Shown here piece after piece: positions 60,059-64,000 of a DNA stretch of 64,000 nt. Where the stretch lies: assembly GCF_046296355.1 (NCBI RefSeq), contig NZ_JBKBLM010000004.1:7767-71766 (forward strand), read 5' to 3'. Every line of letters begins with the position of its first letter. Positions within the stretch are counted from its first letter, which is position 1. This DNA is from Flavobacterium sp. (lineage in GTDB: Bacteria; Bacteroidota; Bacteroidia; Flavobacteriales; Flavobacteriaceae). The notes under the pieces are model-generated. The model was not told the DNA's origin, did not search any database, and saw only the letters and a program-made list of their open reading frames with translations. The position numbers and the translations under genes were made by a program.

Positions 60059-60871
60059 ATGGCTAAAAAAAGTAAAATCAAAGTAGGGGAAACCAATGCC
60101 CATATTGTTACATGGTTAAAGGAATACGCTACAAAAGCTAAAGTAAATGGTTTTGTGATTGGCATTTCAGGCGGTATTGATTCGGCTGTAACCTCAACCT
60201 TGTGTGCCCAAACAGGCTTAACGACTTTGTGCATTGAAATGCCGATTCATCAAGATCCAAGTCAAGTAAGTCGAGGAAGAGAACACATCGAGCAATTGAA
60301 AAAGCGTTTTCCAAACGTAAAAAATGCGGAAGCTGATTTGACTGCTGTTTTTGAAACATTTAAGAGTACTGTTCCGAGTTCTGACAATGAAACCAAATTT
60401 AATTTATCACTGGCCAATACAAGAGCGCGATTGCGCATGACCACATTATATTATTTTGCAGGAATTCATGGTTTGTTAGTTGCCGGAACCGGAAATAAAG
60501 TAGAGGACTTTGGGGTTGGTTTTTATACCAAATATGGAGATGGCGGTGTTGATTTGAGTCCGATTGCCGATTTGATGAAAAGCGATGTTTATGCTTTAGG
60601 CCAATATCTAGAAATTCCAAAGTCGATCCAAAATGCAGCACCAACCGATGGTTTATTTGGTGATTCAAGAACCGATGAAGATCAATTAGGTGCGAGTTAT
60701 GACGAACTCGAATGGGCAATGTCTGAAGCAGAAAACAACAGAAAAAGTGATGATTTTACCGGCAGAGAGCGAGAAGTTTTTGAGATATACAAGAAGCTAA
60801 ACACAATAAATCAGCATAAAATGACTCCAATTCCTGTATGTATAATCCCAAGTTTCTTTAAAATAATATGA
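60059..60871 (+). CDS. nadE: NH3-dependent NAD+ synthetase
   Basis: 'GISGGIDSAV', 'NTRARLRM', 'GTGNKVE', 'FYTKYGDG', 'APTDGL'; start set at MAKK. Confidence 0.96.
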   Translation: MAKKSKIKVGETNAHIVTWLKEYATKAKVNGFVIGISGGIDSAVTSTLCAQTGLTTLCIEMPIHQDPSQVSRGREHIEQLKKRFPNVKNAEADLTAVFETFKSTVPSSDNETKFNLSLANTRARLRMTTLYYFAGIHGLLVAGTGNKVEDFGVGFYTKYGDGGVDLSPIADLMKSDVYALGQYLEIPKSIQNAAPTDGLFGDSRTDEDQLGASYDELEWAMSEAENNRKSDDFTGREREVFEIYKKLNTINQHKMTPIPVCIIPSFFKII

Positions 60872-60949
60872 ATTTTATTAACATTTTTACAATATAATTT
60901 TTTAACTTTACAGTAAATTTCTATTAATTTTTTATCAAATACCACAATT

Positions 60950-61579
60950 ATGATAAATGTATGTATTGCTGATAACTTTCCAGTTGTACACTTTGGAATG
61001 AAAGCATATTTTAAGGATCATCCTGAAATAAGCATCGTATCCAACGTAGGAAATTTTTTTATGGTTCCCGATGCCTTGAGAAACAAAGAAATTGACGTCT
61101 TAATCATCGATTTAGAGCTTGAAGGACTTAAAAGTATTTATGAGGTCAAGTCAATCATAAGAAATTTTCCAAAAACTAAAGTTATCGTCTTCAGTAGTTT
61201 GTCTGAACACATTTACGCGCCAAATGCGATTAAAGCAGGTTGTGCCGGTTATGTTCACAAAACATCAAAGCTTGAAAATTTAGGTATAACTATTGTCAAA
61301 GTAAATCAAGGGCAAATTATCCTAAATGAAGAAATCAAGAGAAACTTGGCATTAATTGCGAAACAAAACAAATCAGAGCGTTTGTATCGAAAACTTTCGA
61401 ACAGAGAAATTGAGGTGTTGCGTTTCCTTAGTGACGGTAAGAAAAACAACGAAATTGCTAAAATTTTAGCACTTAACGAAAAAACCATCAGTACGTACAA
61501 ACTTCGTTTACTGACGAAGCTTAACGTAACAAATTTGGTCGACCTTGTTAACAAAGCCAAAACTTTAGAAATCGTTTAA
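60950..61579 (+). CDS. NarL/LuxR-family response regulator (no adjacent kinase)
   Basis: REC domain 'IAD', 'IIDL', 'GYVHK'; HTH 'LSNREIEVL...KTISTYK'. Confidence 0.92.
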   Translation: MINVCIADNFPVVHFGMKAYFKDHPEISIVSNVGNFFMVPDALRNKEIDVLIIDLELEGLKSIYEVKSIIRNFPKTKVIVFSSLSEHIYAPNAIKAGCAGYVHKTSKLENLGITIVKVNQGQIILNEEIKRNLALIAKQNKSERLYRKLSNREIEVLRFLSDGKKNNEIAKILALNEKTISTYKLRLLTKLNVTNLVDLVNKAKTLEIV

Positions 61580-61583
61580 AACT

Positions 61584-61610
61584 AAAAACCCGCTAAACGC
61601 GGGTTTTTTT
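61584..61610. terminator. Bidirectional terminator between the regulator and dnaG
   Basis: AAAAACCCGC-TAAAC-GCGGGTTTTT. Confidence 0.85.
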
Positions 61611-63588
61611 ATAGGTATGTGGAACGTATTCTTCCAATTTTGTTGGTTAAACTGACTTTTAACTTATTGTAATCGTTGATAGTCGCCATAATTTCTACTG
61701 AATCATTTTCTTCCTCAGCTTTGAAATTATTCATCAAATCCAGAATCAATTTGTTGATCAAATATTCGCGAAGTGAAATAATTGTTTCGGAAACATATTG
61801 ACTTACATTTTGGATTTTGGTTTTCACGTAAATATGTTTGGTTTCCCAATTGTGCAGCAACTCTTTTTCTTCAGACATTAAAATATCAGTAACCATTTGG
61901 GAATGTTCTGGCGACAGTTGCATTAAATAATGCTCAATATTGAACTCCTCGTTTTGGTTAAAATAATTGATTAAATCAGTATAAATTTCCTGAAATATCG
62001 GATTGGCCAATTCTACTTCGTCTTCTTGCAGACTGAGATAGATTCTCTGAAACACTTTAAAGGTATTGGTTTCCTTTTCTTCTGTCATTTCACCTTCTTC
62101 ATTGGCTTTTAGAATATAATCGTCGAAATCGGCTTCTTGTGAGCCGTATAGCAATAACATTTCTAAAATCTTTCGCTCTAAGTCATAAACGATATTGACT
62201 TTCTCTTGAGCAACTTGCAGTTCATTCTTAACCACTTCAAAAGCCTTTTGCTCGGTTTTGAGTTTTTTGCCGGCTTCCGAAATGTCTTTTTGCACTAATT
62301 GCGCTAGGGTATTTAGCAAAACCTGTTCAGAAATGTCCATAATTCGGGCCGTTTCCTGAATGTAGATTTCTCTTTTGATTCGGTCCGGAATTTTGGAAAT
62401 ACTCACCACCATATCGCGAATTAAATCGGCTTTCTTGATAGGATCATTATTGGCTTCATTCATCAAAAGTGACGCTTTGAACTGAATAAAATCCTTGGCA
62501 TTGTTTTCTAAATAGGAAACTAAATCTTCATACGAGTTCTTTCGCGCAAAACTATCCGGATCATCGCCATCAGGAAAAGTACAGACTTTTACGTTCATGC
62601 CTTCTTCCAAAATCAAATCGATTCCGCGAACAGAAGCACGCAATCCGGCGGCATCGCCATCAAAAAGTACGGTAATATTTTTGGTCAAACGATTGATTAA
62701 TCGAATTTGGTCAGGAGTCAAAGCCGTTCCCGAAGATGCAACCACATTTTCAATGCCGGCTTGATGCAACTGAATCACATCGGTATAACCTTCGACTAAA
62801 TAACAGTTGTTTTGCTTGGCAATGGCTTGTTTGGCATGGAAAATTCCATACAAAACTTTACTTTTATGGTAAATATCGCTTTCGGGCGAATTGAGGTATT
62901 TGGCCGCTTTTTTATCATTGGTCAAAATCCTACCACCAAAACCTAAGTTTCTTCCGGACAAACTTTGAATCGGAAACATGACTCTGCCTTTGAATCGGTC
63001 AAAATGTTTTCCGTCTTCTCTGGTGATGGTCAGTCCGACTTTTTCTAAGAATTCTAATTGGTAACCTTTGGCCAAAGCTTCTTTGGTAAAGGCATCCCAA
63101 GATTCGGGCGAATAACCTAAACCAAATTTGGCAATGGTTTCATTGGTAAAACCTCTTTCTTTGAAATAAGACAACCCAATGGCTTTACCTTCTTCGGTAT
63201 TTAAAAGCGTATCGTGGAAATAACTTTTGGCAAATTCCGATACCAAATACATGCTTTCCTTCTCATTGGCTTCAATTTTATCTTCTTGAGAAACTTCGGT
63301 TTCTTCAATCTCGATATTGTATTTATTGGCCAAAAAACGAATCGCTTCCGGATATGTAAAGTGCTCGTGTTCCATCAAGAAAGTCACGACACTTCCGCCT
63401 TTTCCTGAACTAAAATCTTTCCAAATTTGCTTTACGGGTGACACCATAAACGAAGGTGAGCGCTCATCCGAAAACGGACTCAAGCCTTTGTAATTGCTTC
63501 CGGCGCGTTTAAGTTGGACGAAATCACCGATGACTTCTTCCACGCGTGCGGTTTCAAATACTTTATCTATGGTTTCGCGGGTAATCAA
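61609..63588 (-). CDS. dnaG: DNA primase
   Basis: Zn-finger-like 'GLSPFSDERSPSF', 'FGGR', 'KYLNSPE', TOPRIM 'VEGYTD', 'FDGDAAG', 'DPD'; TTG start. Confidence 0.97.
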   Translation of the reverse strand: MITRETIDKVFETARVEEVIGDFVQLKRAGSNYKGLSPFSDERSPSFMVSPVKQIWKDFSSGKGGSVVTFLMEHEHFTYPEAIRFLANKYNIEIEETEVSQEDKIEANEKESMYLVSEFAKSYFHDTLLNTEEGKAIGLSYFKERGFTNETIAKFGLGYSPESWDAFTKEALAKGYQLEFLEKVGLTITREDGKHFDRFKGRVMFPIQSLSGRNLGFGGRILTNDKKAAKYLNSPESDIYHKSKVLYGIFHAKQAIAKQNNCYLVEGYTDVIQLHQAGIENVVASSGTALTPDQIRLINRLTKNITVLFDGDAAGLRASVRGIDLILEEGMNVKVCTFPDGDDPDSFARKNSYEDLVSYLENNAKDFIQFKASLLMNEANNDPIKKADLIRDMVVSISKIPDRIKREIYIQETARIMDISEQVLLNTLAQLVQKDISEAGKKLKTEQKAFEVVKNELQVAQEKVNIVYDLERKILEMLLLYGSQEADFDDYILKANEEGEMTEEKETNTFKVFQRIYLSLQEDEVELANPIFQEIYTDLINYFNQNEEFNIEHYLMQLSPEHSQMVTDILMSEEKELLHNWETKHIYVKTKIQNVSQYVSETIISLREYLINKLILDLMNNFKAEEENDSVEIMATINDYNKLKVSLTNKIGRIRSTYL

Positions 63589-63590
63589 AA

Positions 63591-63630
63591 TAGATTGTTA
63601 GATTGTTAGATTATTAGATTGTTAGAAATC
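63591..63630 (-). repeat. 8-mer tandem tract ending 2 nt before the dnaG start codon
   Basis: Plus strand TAGATTGT TAGATTGT TAGATTAT TAGATTGT TAGAAATC. Confidence 0.85.
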
Positions 63631-63666
63631 TTGAAAAGAAATCAAAGAGGGTAAATTTACACATTC

Positions 63667-63692
63667 AGAATTTAAAATTTAAAATTTAAAAT
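63667..63692. repeat. Short 7-mer tract next to the terminator upstream of dnaG
   Basis: AGAATTT AAAATTT AAAATTT AAAAT. Confidence 0.55.
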
Positions 63693-63726
63693 AAAAAAAA
63701 GATGCTCCATTGCTGAAACATCTTTT
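63693..63726 (-). terminator. Intrinsic terminator with a GCAA tetraloop
   Basis: Minus strand AAAAGATGTTTCA-GCAA-TGGAGCATCTTTT plus T run. Confidence 0.85.
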
Positions 63727-63754
63727 CGAAGTATAAACTAACCTAACAAATTTT

Positions 63755-64000
63755 CTAATTGAAGTCGAAACGAACCCCAAGTGATATATTATTTTGCTTG
63801 ATAGCATTGTCTTTGAACAACGGATTCAAGTCGTATTTCAAATAAAGACTGGTTTCTTTGTACCCAATGTAAGTACTCACGCCGTAGATTAAATCATTAG
63901 CATTGAAATCCCCTTTTTCTTTAACAGAAACATCATTTCCGTCTAATTCGTAACACAATTTTTGTTTAGATTTTACTCTAACTCCGGCATAACCACCGAT
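63755..64000 (-). CDS. 3' end of a probable outer-membrane beta-barrel protein (truncated by the window edge)
   Basis: Frame is open to position 64000 (IGGYAGVRVK...); alternating beta-strand pattern ending 'ISLGVRFDFN'. Confidence 0.6.
   Translation of the reverse strand: MGGYAGVRVKSKQKLCYELDGNDVSVKEKGDFNANDLIYGVSTYIGYKETSLYLKYDLNPLFKDNAIKQNNISLGVRFDFN

Overview
AT-rich core-chromosome segment of a Flavobacterium-like bacterium (Bacteroidota), judged from gld/T9SS genes, XrtF exosortase, a short primary sigma factor and TAnnTTTG promoters. Contents in order: gldL-gldK, an arginase-fold gene, topA, miaB-bEBP-lptE-TPR-secG, groES-groEL, a metal-type TonB receptor cluster, an ATP-cone/Mrr-nuclease + beta-CASP pair, the xrtF system, rpsO-pnp, rpoD, rpe, a galactan/galactose locus (GntR, galM, 2x GH53, GH2, galK, galT, SSS transporter), tRNA-Arg(UCG), the dcw cluster, engB, gldC/gldB, nadE, a LuxR-type regulator and dnaG. 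I found no CRISPR array, prophage, integrase, transposase or reverse transcriptase. The most unusual signal is non-coding. A four-helix-bundle (IVP/Avd-like) gene sits inside the dcw operon between inverted arms built of 7-mer tandem repeats. Similar 7/8-mer tracts fill spacers next to other housekeeping genes (groES-groEL, yqeY-tRNA-Arg as a gene-less inverted pair, upstream of yqeY, murG-murC, upstream of dnaG). Together they look like occupied, empty and half sites of a repeat-armed cassette system. A second dispersed family (three Flavo-1-like elements with swapped closing stems and variable central hairpins) is also present. All family assignments come from motif recognition by eye; no database search was run.
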